Of a stretch of 64,000 nucleotides of DNA, positions 21,466 to 32,519 are shown piece after piece; position 1 is the stretch's first letter, and each line of letters begins with the position of its first letter. Origin of the DNA: Thermoanaerobaculia bacterium (GTDB taxonomy: Bacteria > Acidobacteriota > Thermoanaerobaculia > Gp7-AA8); NCBI GenBank assembly GCA_035629395.1, contig DASPHZ010000002.1, positions 69,423 through 133,422 of the forward strand, in the 5' to 3' direction. A model generated the notes under the pieces. That model was not told where the DNA came from. It ran no database searches and was given only the letters and a program-made list of their open reading frames with translations. Made by a program: the position numbers and the translations under genes.

Positions 21466-22215
21466 GTGATCGCGCTCCTCACCGACTTCGGCACGCGCGA
21501 CCCGTACGTCGCGGCGATGAAGGGCGTGCTCGCGTCGCGCACGGACGTCGCCGTGCACGACCTCACGCACGACCTCCCTCCCTTCGACATCGTCGGCGCT
21601 GCCTGGTTCCTCGGCACCGCCGCGAAGTGGTGGCCGGCCGGCACGATCTTCGTGTGTGTCGTCGATCCGGGCGTCGGCACGTCGCGGCGCATCGTCGCGC
21701 TTGAAGAACACGGCCGCATCTACCTCGCTCCCGACAACGGCCTGCTCACGTTCGTGTGGAAAGAAGGGCGTGCGTATTCGGTGGAAAACGAAGCGTTGTT
21801 CCTTCCCGGCGGCAGCAACACGTTTCACGGACGCGATCGGTTCGCACCCGTCGCCGCGGCGATCGCGAACGGACTCGCATTGTGCGAAGTCGGCCCGCCG
21901 CTCGAACCTCTGACCACGCTCCGGTACGAGCCGCCGTCGTACGCCGACGTCGTGCGCGGCACCGTCGTGGCCATCGATCGCTTCGGCAACGCGATCACCG
22001 ACGTGGAAACGGCGAAGATCCCATTCGCACCGTTCGCGCTGCAGATTCGCGAGCTCACCATCGACCGCGTCGAACAGAACTACGGCGACGCGGCGCCGGG
22101 ACCGTTTCTCATCACCGGCTCGACCGGCTGCGTCGAAATTTCGCTGGCGCATGCGAGTGCAGCGGAACGGTTGCATCTGCGCCGGCTCGAACGCGTCACG
22201 TTGCGACCGCTATAA
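21466..22215 (+). CDS. SAM hydroxide adenosyltransferase / chlorinase-fluorinase family (DUF62)
   Basis: LLTDFG, VVDPGVGT, PDNGLL, TFHGRDRFAP, IDRFGN. Confidence 0.92.
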   Translation: MIALLTDFGTRDPYVAAMKGVLASRTDVAVHDLTHDLPPFDIVGAAWFLGTAAKWWPAGTIFVCVVDPGVGTSRRIVALEEHGRIYLAPDNGLLTFVWKEGRAYSVENEALFLPGGSNTFHGRDRFAPVAAAIANGLALCEVGPPLEPLTTLRYEPPSYADVVRGTVVAIDRFGNAITDVETAKIPFAPFALQIRELTIDRVEQNYGDAAPGPFLITGSTGCVEISLAHASAAERLHLRRLERVTLRPL

Positions 22216-22227
22216 TCCGAGCGGTTC

Positions 22228-22608
22228 ATGGCCTCACCGAAAGACCGCCGCCGCTCCGAGCGCTACGCCACCGCGTCCATCCCGGTGCAGCTCTCCGACG
22301 TCAACGGCGAACTGATCGACCTCAGTCTCACCGGTGCCGCGGTCGTGCATCGCTCGCCCGTGAAAGCCGGTGCCGCGGCGACGCTCATCTTTCCCAGCTT
22401 CGGCGGGATCTACATTCCGTGCGAGGTCCTGCGCTCGATCGTGCAGGTGCGGCGCGGCGACAACGGCCCGGAGTACGTCTTCCGCTCCGCGATCTCGTTC
22501 TCGCCGCTGGCCCCGGAGCAGGAGCAGCCACTGCGCGAGTTCCTGACCATCCAGATCGAGCGGCTGGAAGAGGTCAGGCGCGGGGCCGAGTCGCCGAGTA
22601 CTCGCTGA
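22228..22608 (+). CDS. PilZ domain protein
   Basis: RRRSER (RxxxR) and DLSLTG (DxSxxG) c-di-GMP-binding motifs. Confidence 0.8.
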   Translation: MASPKDRRRSERYATASIPVQLSDVNGELIDLSLTGAAVVHRSPVKAGAAATLIFPSFGGIYIPCEVLRSIVQVRRGDNGPEYVFRSAISFSPLAPEQEQPLREFLTIQIERLEEVRRGAESPSTR

Positions 22609-23307
22609 AGATCCCCATCTCCCGCCGCCGCTCCACGTCCACGAATCCCGACTCGCGCATCGCGTCCATGATCGCTTCCGGGCGCACGCAGTCGCGCGTG
22701 GTTTCCCAGTAGTAGCGGAAGAGTTGCGCGGTTCGGGCGCTGCGGGTACGGACGCGGATCACGGCCGGCGCGAGGACGCCCATGTAGGCGCCGAGGAACG
22801 TGCGGGCGATCCGCGATTCGGGGGCGGTGATCTCGAGGATGAGCAGCTTGCCGCCCGGCTTGAGCACGCGATGGCATTCGGCGAACACGACGGAGAGGTC
22901 GGCGAAGTGACGCAGGGCGAAACCGATCGAGATGCGGTCGAACGACTGCGACGCGAACGGCAATGCCTCCGCGGGCGCCTGCACTTTCGGCGATTGCGTG
23001 CGGCCGGAGCGCAGCATGCCGATGCTCGGGTCCATGCCGACGATCGCGTGCGGCTCGTTCGTCACTTCCATGGCCGCGCGTGCGACGACGCCCGTGCCGC
23101 TCGCGAGGTCGAGCAGTCTCATGCCGCGTGTGAGGCCCGCGCGTTTCAAAGCTTCGCGGCGATACCAGTCGCCCGAGCCGAACGACAGGAAACGCGTGGC
23201 CCAGTCGTACCACGGTGCGGTCTCGTCGAAGATGTCGCGTACGAACGTCTCGCGGCGTTCCGGTACGCCGTAGTAGTCGGTGAGTGGGGGATGGGGAGGG
23301 AGTGTGT

Positions 23308-23311
<4 letters not shown>
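22574..23311 (-). CDS. Class I SAM methyltransferase, UbiE/MenG-like
   Basis: FDETAPWYD, LLDLASGTG, AEALPF, RVLKPGG; start overlaps nadE stop. Confidence 0.85.
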
Positions 23312-24962
<1,651 letters not shown>

Positions 24963-24963
<1 letters not shown>

Positions 24964-25002
24964 GAGCTGTAGAGCTGTAGAGCTTTAAAGCTTTAGAGCT
25001 TC
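24963..25002. repeat. Five octamer units (AGAGCTGT-like), single arm of the octamer element
   Basis: AGAGCTGT AGAGCTGT AGAGCTTT AAAGCTTT AGAGCTTC abutting the nadE start codon. Confidence 0.8.
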
Positions 25003-25124
25003 AGGCTCCCCCGCCGTTCCCCCCGTTCACATCTTTTTACGACTTCGAACAAACCTCGACGCGAACTGCGCGTCTACTGCTTTCGACAACGACAACCTAA
25101 CGCAACACGCGCGGGAGGAGAAGC

Positions 25125-27752
25125 ATGACGCTCGCATGGCGTACGCTCGCCATCTGTTTCACGATAGCCACGGCAGTAGCCACGCTTGCGCAGGACGCAA
25201 AGGCGAGGCCTGAATACACGGCCGTACGGGCGGCGAAGGCGCCGCTCGTCGACGGGGACCTCTCGGACGAAGCCTGGGCGAGCGCGCCGGAGATCACCGG
25301 CTTCACGCAGCGCGATCCCGACGAAGGGAAGCCGGCCACGCAGCAGACGCGCCTCAAGGTGGTCTACACCGACGAGGCCATCTACTTCGCCGCGGTGATG
25401 GAGGACGACGGCAAGGTCACGCCGCTCCTCGCGCGCCGCGACAGCGACCTCAATAACGGCGACTACATCCGCATCAGCATCGACTCGCAGCAGGACCGCC
25501 TCAACGGCGCGGCGTTCGTCGTGAACGCGTCGAACGTGCAGATGGACATGATCCTCTACAACGACATCTACGACGATCCGAGCTGGGACGCGGTGTGGGA
25601 GTCGGCGACGAAGATCGGCGCGAACGGTTGGACCGCGGAAGTGCGCGTGCCGTACTCGCAACTGCGCTTCCCCGAAAAAGAGGTGCACACGTGGGGCCTC
25701 AACGTGAGCCGCTGGACGGCGCGTCTGCGCGAGAGCTCGCGCCTCGTCTATTCGCCGAAGAGCGAGTCGGGGTTCGTCTCGCGCTTCGCGGATCTCACCG
25801 GCATCACCGGCGTCCGTCCGCGGCGTGCGTTCGAAGTGGTGCCGTACGCGGTCGCGCGCACGGATCTGCACAGCCGCGCCGACAATCCGTTCGTCTCACC
25901 CTCCGAGCACCGCATGGACGGCGGCGTCGACGTCAAATACGGCCTCACCTCGAGCCTCACGCTGACCGGCACGATCAATCCTGATTTCGGCCAGGTGGAA
26001 GTCGATCCGGCCGTGCTCAATCTCAGCCAGTTCGAGACGTTCTTCCCGGAGAAGCGGCCGTTCTTCACCGAAGGCGCGGACGTGTTCCGCTTCGGCAGCG
26101 GCCCCGCGAACAGCCGCTGGGGCTTCAACATGTGGTTCCCGACGTTCTTCTACTCGCGCCGCATCGGCCGCTCGCCGCAGGGCTCGGTCGACGCCGACTG
26201 GCAGGACGCACCGGGCGAGACGACGATCCTCGGCGCGGCGAAAGTGACGGGCAAAGTGGGCAACGGTTGGACGGTGGGCGTGCTCGACGCGGTGACCGAC
26301 CGCGAGGAAGCGTGGTTCCGCAACGACCTGGCCGGCGGTCCCGAAGTCGGCAAAGAGGTCGTCGAGCCGATGACGAATTACCTCGTCGCGCGTGCGACGA
26401 AGGAGTACGGCAAGAGCTCGCGCGCGGGCTTCATGTTCACGTCGGTGAATCGCAGCTCGACGGAGGCGCTCGACGGCTCCCTGCGCAAGAGCGCGTATTT
26501 CGGCGGCGTCGACGGCTACACGCTGTTCAAAGACAAGGCGTGGATCCTGGAGTGGCTGGGCGGGTCGACGCTCGTGCAGGGAACGGAGGAGGCGATCGAG
26601 TCGACGCAGAACAGCTCGGCGCGCTACTACGATCGTCCCGACGCGAGCCACATCGAGCTCGATCCCACGCGCACGTCGCTCAGCGGCTGGATGGGCCGCG
26701 TCCTGTTCGCGAAGCAGAAGGGGAAGTGGCGTCCGAACATCCAGGTGCAGGCGCTCTCGCCCGGCTTCGAGGTGAACGACGTCGGCTTCCTGCCGCACAC
26801 CGACGCGATCTCGACGCACGCCGTCCTGCATTACCTCAACACCGATCAGACCCGGTACACGCGCGAGATCAGCACGTGGGTCGGCAAGTTCCAGAACTGG
26901 AATTTCGATCGCGACCTGACCGCGGACGGCGTCGCCGGCAACGCGTTCGTGCTGTTCAAGAATTACTGGTCGGCGTGGAGCTGGGGCGGGATCAGTGCCG
27001 ATCACTTCGACGATCGCATCACGCGTGGCGGCCCGGCGATGATCTACCGCGGACACTGGTACGCCGGGGGTGGCTTCGGCAGCGACAGCCGGAAGAAGTT
27101 CTCGTTCTCGGTGGAAACCGAGCGCGTGCGCGACGGCTTCGACGGCACGAACGAAATGTACTGGCTTTCGCTCACGTATCGTCCGACGCCCGCCATTCGT
27201 CTGTCTCTCACGCCGCGCTACAACAATCTGCACGAGAACGCGCAGTACGTGACGACGATCGACGACACGGGCTACGCCCCGACGTACGGCAAGCGCTACG
27301 TGTTTGCGACGCTGAACCAGAAGACGCTCGACATCGGCATCCGCACGGAGTGGACGATGAGCTCGCGCCTGTCGCTGCAGCTCTTCGTGCAGCCGTTCGT
27401 CGCCAGCGGCGATTACCTCGGCTTCAAGTACCTCACGCGTGCGCGCACGGACGAGTTCACGCCGCTGCATTCGATGCAGTACGACGCGGAGGCGAATTCG
27501 TATCGCGGCGGCGCGGGCGCGAGCTCGCTGTCCTTCGGCAATCCGAACTTCAACTTCCGCAGCGTGCGCGGCAGCGCGGTGGTGCGCTACGAGTTCCGTC
27601 CGGGCTCGGCGATGTACGTGGTGTGGAACGAGAACCGCGCGGACGTCGCGCCGGTGGGCGATTTCAAGATGGGCCGCGACTTCAGCGCCCTGCCGCATGC
27701 ACCGTCGCAGGATGTGTTCCTGGTGAAGTTTTCCTATTGGCTGCCGATGTAG
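25125..27752 (+). CDS. CBM9-like + DUF5916 outer-membrane protein
   Basis: Signal peptide; VDGDLSDEAW, WTAEVRVPYSQLRF, INPDFGQVEVD, FFPEKRPFF, C-terminal KFSYW. Confidence 0.88.
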   Translation: MTLAWRTLAICFTIATAVATLAQDAKARPEYTAVRAAKAPLVDGDLSDEAWASAPEITGFTQRDPDEGKPATQQTRLKVVYTDEAIYFAAVMEDDGKVTPLLARRDSDLNNGDYIRISIDSQQDRLNGAAFVVNASNVQMDMILYNDIYDDPSWDAVWESATKIGANGWTAEVRVPYSQLRFPEKEVHTWGLNVSRWTARLRESSRLVYSPKSESGFVSRFADLTGITGVRPRRAFEVVPYAVARTDLHSRADNPFVSPSEHRMDGGVDVKYGLTSSLTLTGTINPDFGQVEVDPAVLNLSQFETFFPEKRPFFTEGADVFRFGSGPANSRWGFNMWFPTFFYSRRIGRSPQGSVDADWQDAPGETTILGAAKVTGKVGNGWTVGVLDAVTDREEAWFRNDLAGGPEVGKEVVEPMTNYLVARATKEYGKSSRAGFMFTSVNRSSTEALDGSLRKSAYFGGVDGYTLFKDKAWILEWLGGSTLVQGTEEAIESTQNSSARYYDRPDASHIELDPTRTSLSGWMGRVLFAKQKGKWRPNIQVQALSPGFEVNDVGFLPHTDAISTHAVLHYLNTDQTRYTREISTWVGKFQNWNFDRDLTADGVAGNAFVLFKNYWSAWSWGGISADHFDDRITRGGPAMIYRGHWYAGGGFGSDSRKKFSFSVETERVRDGFDGTNEMYWLSLTYRPTPAIRLSLTPRYNNLHENAQYVTTIDDTGYAPTYGKRYVFATLNQKTLDIGIRTEWTMSSRLSLQLFVQPFVASGDYLGFKYLTRARTDEFTPLHSMQYDAEANSYRGGAGASSLSFGNPNFNFRSVRGSAVVRYEFRPGSAMYVVWNENRADVAPVGDFKMGRDFSALPHAPSQDVFLVKFSYWLPM

Positions 27753-27842
27753 TTCCGTGGAGTCCGCGCATGACGGGACGTCGTCTCGGTGCGGCGGAGG
27801 CGACGGCGCGAAACCGTCGTTGCGTCACGGCGAGACGTCGTA

Positions 27843-27886
27843 ACGACAGTGGACGTGCGCGCGCGGTTGCGCACGTCCACTGTCGT
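27843..27886. terminator. Perfect 18-bp hairpin between convergent genes
   Basis: ACGACAGTGGACGTGCGC-8nt-GCGCACGTCCACTGTCGT; no clear U-tract. Confidence 0.55.
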
Positions 27887-27890
27887 GTTC

Positions 27891-28688
27891 TCAAAAGAGC
27901 TGCTGCATCGCGCAGCCGACCATCACGGCGAGGCAGGCGCCCGCCGCACATTCCGGCCACGCCGGACCGGTGAAACGGCAGGCCAGTGCTCCCGACCAGC
28001 AGCCGGTTGCGGTGCACTCGGCCCAGCTCTGCAACCGCCGCCGCAGGGACTGCACGAGCAGAATGTCAGCGTTGGTCGCCGCCGCCACGTCAATGCCGCC
28101 GAGGGACGCGACGCGCACGCCGTCGCGCTGCAGCATCACATAAGGATCGCTCGCACCCGGCGACGTCCGCGGCCCTTTGTAGTAGATCTCCGACTCCCAG
28201 TTCACCGCCAGCGTCGAGCTGTCGGTCTGGAACTGCCCATCGAGCAGCAACTCGCCACCGTTCGCGTAGTTGTGAATGTAGATCTGGCCTTCCCACGTGG
28301 CGTTGTCGCCGTCATCCCACGACCAGAAGATGATCTCCGTGTCGCCGTCGCTGAACGTCTGCGCCGGCTGCACCGGTCCTTCAGCGCGCGCGGCGATTCT
28401 CCGCGCGACGACGATGTCCGTCGGCGTCCAGCCGCGGCTTTGGAGCACCGAGGCCGCTTTACGGAACGCCTCGGGCCGCTGCGCTTTGAGCTCCTGAAGG
28501 CGCGCTTGCGCGGCCTTGGCGTCGAGCGGACTGACGGCGAACGAGCCTTTCGCCGTGGAAACGTATTCGACCGCGGACTGCTCGTGCGGGTGCGGGTGCG
28601 TCCCCGCAGGGACGGAGGCCTGGGTGGTCAGAGTTCCGAAGAGCGTCGCGACCGTGAGAACCGCGTTTCGTACTGCTGTTACTTTCAT
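27891..28688 (-). CDS. Secreted protein with C-terminal 6-Cys hydrophobic hairpin (bacteriocin-precursor-like)
   Basis: GGGAGG RBS; signal peptide ...LTTQA; C-terminus RRRLQSWAECTATGCWSGALACRFTGPAWPECAAGACLAVMVGCAMQQLF. Confidence 0.75.
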   Translation of the reverse strand: MKVTAVRNAVLTVATLFGTLTTQASVPAGTHPHPHEQSAVEYVSTAKGSFAVSPLDAKAAQARLQELKAQRPEAFRKAASVLQSRGWTPTDIVVARRIAARAEGPVQPAQTFSDGDTEIIFWSWDDGDNATWEGQIYIHNYANGGELLLDGQFQTDSSTLAVNWESEIYYKGPRTSPGASDPYVMLQRDGVRVASLGGIDVAAATNADILLVQSLRRRLQSWAECTATGCWSGALACRFTGPAWPECAAGACLAVMVGCAMQQLF

Positions 28689-28945
28689 TCATTCCTCCCA
28701 TCAATGTCGACGTATCGTCGCCGGGAATAAATGCGCTTGTTCGGATTGGCGGGCAATTCGAAAGTCACAAAGCGCCTGAACCACGTGACGAATGCGCGCG
28801 ATCCGTACGTGAATGCAGTTGAGCCCGACTGCAGACAGCGGTGGCCGCAACGCAGCCGCTGGTTCCGAACCCGTGGCGCTCGGAACCCGCTCGACGTTTC
28901 CATGAAAATCCCGCGCGCCGCGCCGCGGGGTAAACTACAGAGCAC

Positions 28946-29779
28946 ATGTCCGACGACTTCGGCACGGTCCATGTCCGGCGCGGGGAGCGCGCGAGGGAGA
29001 TCGAGGTGCTGCGGCAGCATTACCGCCAGCATCGCGAGGCACTCGTGCGCATGACCGCGGATGCGCCGACGGAGCATCTCGCCACGGAGTACCAGCGCCT
29101 CATCGCCGAAATCGACCGTGCCCTCGGCAAGCTCGACGAGCTCGAAGGCGCAGGTGCTGCTCCGCCCCCCGCGGCCGCTGCCGCGCCACCACCCCCGCCG
29201 CCTCCCCGCATTCCGCCGCCCGCCGAGCGACCACTCGCTGCCGCCCCGCGTCACGATCTGCCGGAGGCCGACGAAGCGCCGCAATCGCGCATGACATTGA
29301 TGATCGCCGCGGCGGTGCTCGCACTCGCCGTGATCGCCGGCCTCGTATGGTGGGCGAGCCGCGATGGGCAGGACGCCGGCAATACCGTCGTCGTCGAAGA
29401 CACCGCCGGCACCGCGGCCGCGCCGGTGTCGACCACGCCCGACACCATCGAAGCGGCGGCGCCTGCAGCGAGCGGCCTCGCGGCGACGCCCGCGTCGCAC
29501 GACTACGGCGAGCTCCGCAAAGGCACGCGCGCGGTGCGCGAGTTCGAGATCGCGAACAACACCGACGAGCCGATTTCCGTGCAGGTCGCGCGCTCGGCGT
29601 GCCGCTGTCTGTACTACGCACACGCACCGGTCATTCCGCCGCGCGCGAAGGAATCCTTGTCCGTCACGATCGATGGCGCGCGCGCGAAAGCAGGTCCGTT
29701 GCGCGAGGCCATTCGCATCAGCGCGAAATCGGATCCGGGCGTTGCCACATCCGTCGACGTGATCGCCACAATCCGGTGA
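28946..29779 (+). CDS. Single-pass membrane protein with C-terminal DUF1573-like Ig domain
   Basis: Helical N-terminus, Pro-rich linker, TM, HDYGEL...FEIANN...SACRC...IPP. Confidence 0.75.
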   Translation: MSDDFGTVHVRRGERAREIEVLRQHYRQHREALVRMTADAPTEHLATEYQRLIAEIDRALGKLDELEGAGAAPPPAAAAAPPPPPPPRIPPPAERPLAAAPRHDLPEADEAPQSRMTLMIAAAVLALAVIAGLVWWASRDGQDAGNTVVVEDTAGTAAAPVSTTPDTIEAAAPAASGLAATPASHDYGELRKGTRAVREFEIANNTDEPISVQVARSACRCLYYAHAPVIPPRAKESLSVTIDGARAKAGPLREAIRISAKSDPGVATSVDVIATIR

Positions 29780-29825
29780 CGTTCGCGTGAATTAGGAACC
29801 CGAACGCTCGTGTTCTAATGCGGCC

Positions 29826-31094
29826 GTGAAGCGTCCCCTTCTATTCATCGTCGCAGCCGTATTGTGTCCATTGCGTTCCTGGACGCAGGAAGCGCCGCTC
29901 ACGATCGAGCGCGCCGTCGAGCTGGCGATGACGAGGAATGAGCGCGCCGCGATTGCCGATACGGCAGTGGAGGCAGCCGAGGCGCGGGTGCGGGCGGCGC
30001 GGACCCTGTTTTTTCCTCGGGTCGACGTGGATGGCGGCTACGCGACCGATTGGGGCAACGGCACCGAGCGCACGCTGTCGGCCGCGGCCACGGTGACGCA
30101 GCCGGTGTTCAACGCGCGCGCGTTTCCGCTCTATCGACAGCAACGGTATCTGCGGGAGGCCGCGGGCTTCGCGGCACAGGAAACGCGGCGCCTCGTCGGC
30201 TACGACGCGGCCGCGGCATTTCTGGCCACGCTGGGATTCGAGCAGGTGCTGCTCGCTGCCGAACGCCGCCGCGAATTCGCGCAGACGAACCTCGCCGATG
30301 TGCGCGCGCGATTCGAGGCGGGCCTCGTCAGCTCGAATGACGTGACGCGTGCGGAGCTCGAGCTCGCGACGGCGGTGCGCGGCGTCGCGCAGGCTTCGGG
30401 TGACGTGCAGGCCGCGCGTGTCGATCTCGAGAATCTGTTGAACGCGGAAGTCGACGGACCGCTCGCACCGCCGACGGCCTTGCTGGCCGCTGCGGCCGAG
30501 GCGCCCGCGACGACCGGGAACGGGATCGCGGAGGCGCAGGCTCGCCGCAATGACATCGCCGCCGCGCGTGCGGAAGTCGAGGCGCAGCGCGAGTTCGCGG
30601 ACGAGCCGAACGCGCGCTTCTTCCCGTCCTTACAGGTGCAGGCGCAGACGCGCAACGTCAATGACGGTCCGGTGACCTCGCGCAACAACGACGGTTTCGT
30701 CGGACTCACGTTCGCGTGGCCGGTATTCGACGCCGGCATCCGCGGCGCGGAGCGCGCGCAACGCACCGCGGAGCTGCGCGGACGCGAGCTCGAATTGCAG
30801 GCGTCCTTGCGGCAGGTCGAGCGCGAGCTGCGCAGCGCGGGCGTGCAGCTCACGACGGAGCAAGCCGCGCTGCGCGAAGCGACGGCCGCGCTCGAAGCCG
30901 CCCGCCGCAACCTGCACGAAACGACCGTGCTCTATCGCGAAGGCCTCGCCAGCGCCCTGGAGCTCGCGGACGCGACCCAGCGCCTGTTCGAAGCCGAAGT
31001 CGCGCAGGTGACGGCGCGGTACCGGATGGCGGTGGCGTATCTGTCGTTGGAAGAGGCGCGCGGGGAAGCGCCGGTGGGGGAGATAAGAAGATGA
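29826..31094 (+). CDS. TolC-family outer membrane efflux protein
   Basis: LTIERAVELA, RFEAGLVSSNDV, WPVFDAG, YREGLASALE. Confidence 0.9.
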   Translation: MKRPLLFIVAAVLCPLRSWTQEAPLTIERAVELAMTRNERAAIADTAVEAAEARVRAARTLFFPRVDVDGGYATDWGNGTERTLSAAATVTQPVFNARAFPLYRQQRYLREAAGFAAQETRRLVGYDAAAAFLATLGFEQVLLAAERRREFAQTNLADVRARFEAGLVSSNDVTRAELELATAVRGVAQASGDVQAARVDLENLLNAEVDGPLAPPTALLAAAAEAPATTGNGIAEAQARRNDIAAARAEVEAQREFADEPNARFFPSLQVQAQTRNVNDGPVTSRNNDGFVGLTFAWPVFDAGIRGAERAQRTAELRGRELELQASLRQVERELRSAGVQLTTEQAALREATAALEAARRNLHETTVLYREGLASALELADATQRLFEAEVAQVTARYRMAVAYLSLEEARGEAPVGEIRR

Positions 31095-31186
31095 ATGCAG
31101 AATGCAGAATGCAGAATGCAGAATTGCGAAAAGGGATGCGGCTGAAGGTTCTCCTTTCTTCTTTCTGCATTCTGCATTCTGCGTTC
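31091..31186. repeat. Inverted heptamer repeat (GAATGCA)4...(TTCTGCA)3 overlapping the MFP 5' end
   Basis: ATGAATGCAGAATGCAGAATGCAGAATGCAGAAT...TTCTGCATTCTGCATTCTGCGTTC. Confidence 0.9.
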
Positions 31187-32251
31187 GTCTTTTCCTGCTC
31201 CAGGGGTGATGCCGCGGCCAACGCCTCCGCTGGCGGGTCGGGGGCAAGCCGCCGCGGGGCGATGGAGTTTCCGGTCGAGGTGAAGGCGGTTGAGTCGCGT
31301 CGCGTCGAGTATTCCGTCAATGCGGTCGGGTCGCTCGACGCGTTCGAGCGTGTGGCTGTGACGGCGCGTGTGGCGGGTGCGATCGAGAAGGTGAATTTTC
31401 GCGAGGGGCAGCTCGTGTCCACCGGGTCGACGCTCGCGGAGATCGAGCCGGAGCGGTATCGCATCGCGGTCCGCGCCGCGGAGGCGGCGGTGACGAAGGC
31501 GCTGGCGTCGAAGGCGGAAGCGGAGGCGGGGTATGCGCGGCGGCAGGCGGCGAGTGAGAAGAATCCGGGGCTGATCCGCGGCGAAGAGATCGAGACGTGG
31601 CGGACGAAGGTGCAGACCGCGGCCGCGGAAGTCGCGGCGGCGCAGGCCGCGCTCGCGCAGGCGCGGCTCAATCTGCGCGACGCGTTCGTGCGCGCGCCGG
31701 TCGCCGGCACCATCCAGACGCGCACCGTCGAGACGGGACAGTACGTGCCGGTCGGCACCGTGCTCGCCACGCTCATGCGCCGCGACCCGCTCCTGCTGCG
31801 CTTCCAGGTGCCGGAGCAGGAAGCGATGCCGCTGCGTCCGGGCATCGTCGCGCGGTTCAACGTGGCCGAGGATCAGGCGCAGCATCGGGCGACGATCACG
31901 CATGTAGCCGCGGCGGCGAATCGCTCCTCGCGCATGGTCGACATCACCGCGAACGTCATCGACGCGAACCGCCCCGAGCTTCGTCCCGGCGCCTTCGCGC
32001 GCGTGACGGTGCCGATCGGTTCCGAGCGCGACGCGCCCGTCATCCCGCAGACCGCCATCCGGCCAAGCGAAAAAGGCTTCCTCGCCTTCACCGTCAATAA
32101 CGGCGTCGCCACACAACGCGTCCTCACCCTCGGCATGCGCACCGCCGACGGCCAGGTCGAAGTGAAGGAAGGCCTCCAACCCGGCGAGCTGCTGGTGATC
32201 CGCGGCGCGGAAGCGTTGCGGGATGGGGCGAAGGTGAAGGTGACGAGGTGA
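31091..32251 (+). CDS. RND efflux periplasmic adaptor (MFP), lipoprotein; alternative start 31136
   Basis: Lipobox VFSC; VTARVAGAI, VRAPVAGTI, LRPGAFARV. Confidence 0.92.
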   Translation: MNAECRMQNAELRKGMRLKVLLSSFCILHSAFVFSCSRGDAAANASAGGSGASRRGAMEFPVEVKAVESRRVEYSVNAVGSLDAFERVAVTARVAGAIEKVNFREGQLVSTGSTLAEIEPERYRIAVRAAEAAVTKALASKAEAEAGYARRQAASEKNPGLIRGEEIETWRTKVQTAAAEVAAAQAALAQARLNLRDAFVRAPVAGTIQTRTVETGQYVPVGTVLATLMRRDPLLLRFQVPEQEAMPLRPGIVARFNVAEDQAQHRATITHVAAAANRSSRMVDITANVIDANRPELRPGAFARVTVPIGSERDAPVIPQTAIRPSEKGFLAFTVNNGVATQRVLTLGMRTADGQVEVKEGLQPGELLVIRGAEALRDGAKVKVTR

Positions 32252-32283
32252 CGACGGGACGACGGGAGAGATGTTGCGCAAGC

Positions 32284-32504
32284 GGGGGAGCTGTTGAGCT
32301 GTTGAGCCGTTGAGCAAGGCGAGGCGCCGAGAGCTGTAAAGCTGTAAAGCTGTAAAGCGGTAGAGGGGTCAAGCCCCTTTATAGCTCTACAGCTCTACGG
32401 CTCTACAGCTCAATGCCTCAACAGCTCAACAGCTCAACGGCTCAACAGCTCAACAGCTCTATAGCTCTATAGCTCTACAGCTCAATGCCTCAACAGCTCA
32501 ACAG
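32284..32504. repeat. Large inverted octamer repeat element (GAGCTGTT/AAGCTGTA ... CTCAACAG/CTCTACAG)
   Basis: More than 20 octamer units; central GTAGAGGGGT-CAAG-CCCCTTTA core shared with the 14255 element; internal duplication in the right arm. Confidence 0.92.
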
Positions 32505-32519
32505 GCGAGAACCAATGCC

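Noticed and set aside
21466-22215. Fluorinase/chlorinase for halometabolite synthesis
   Set aside because: No biosynthetic cluster; short length and the HGRD motif fit the common DUF62 SAM hydrolase.
28584-28600. GTGCGG hexamer repeat
   Set aside because: Encodes HPHPH in the 27891-28688 protein; ordinary low-complexity linker.
32284-32504. Possible CRISPR array
   Set aside because: Units are 8 bp, contiguous and inverted; no unique spacers and no cas genes.
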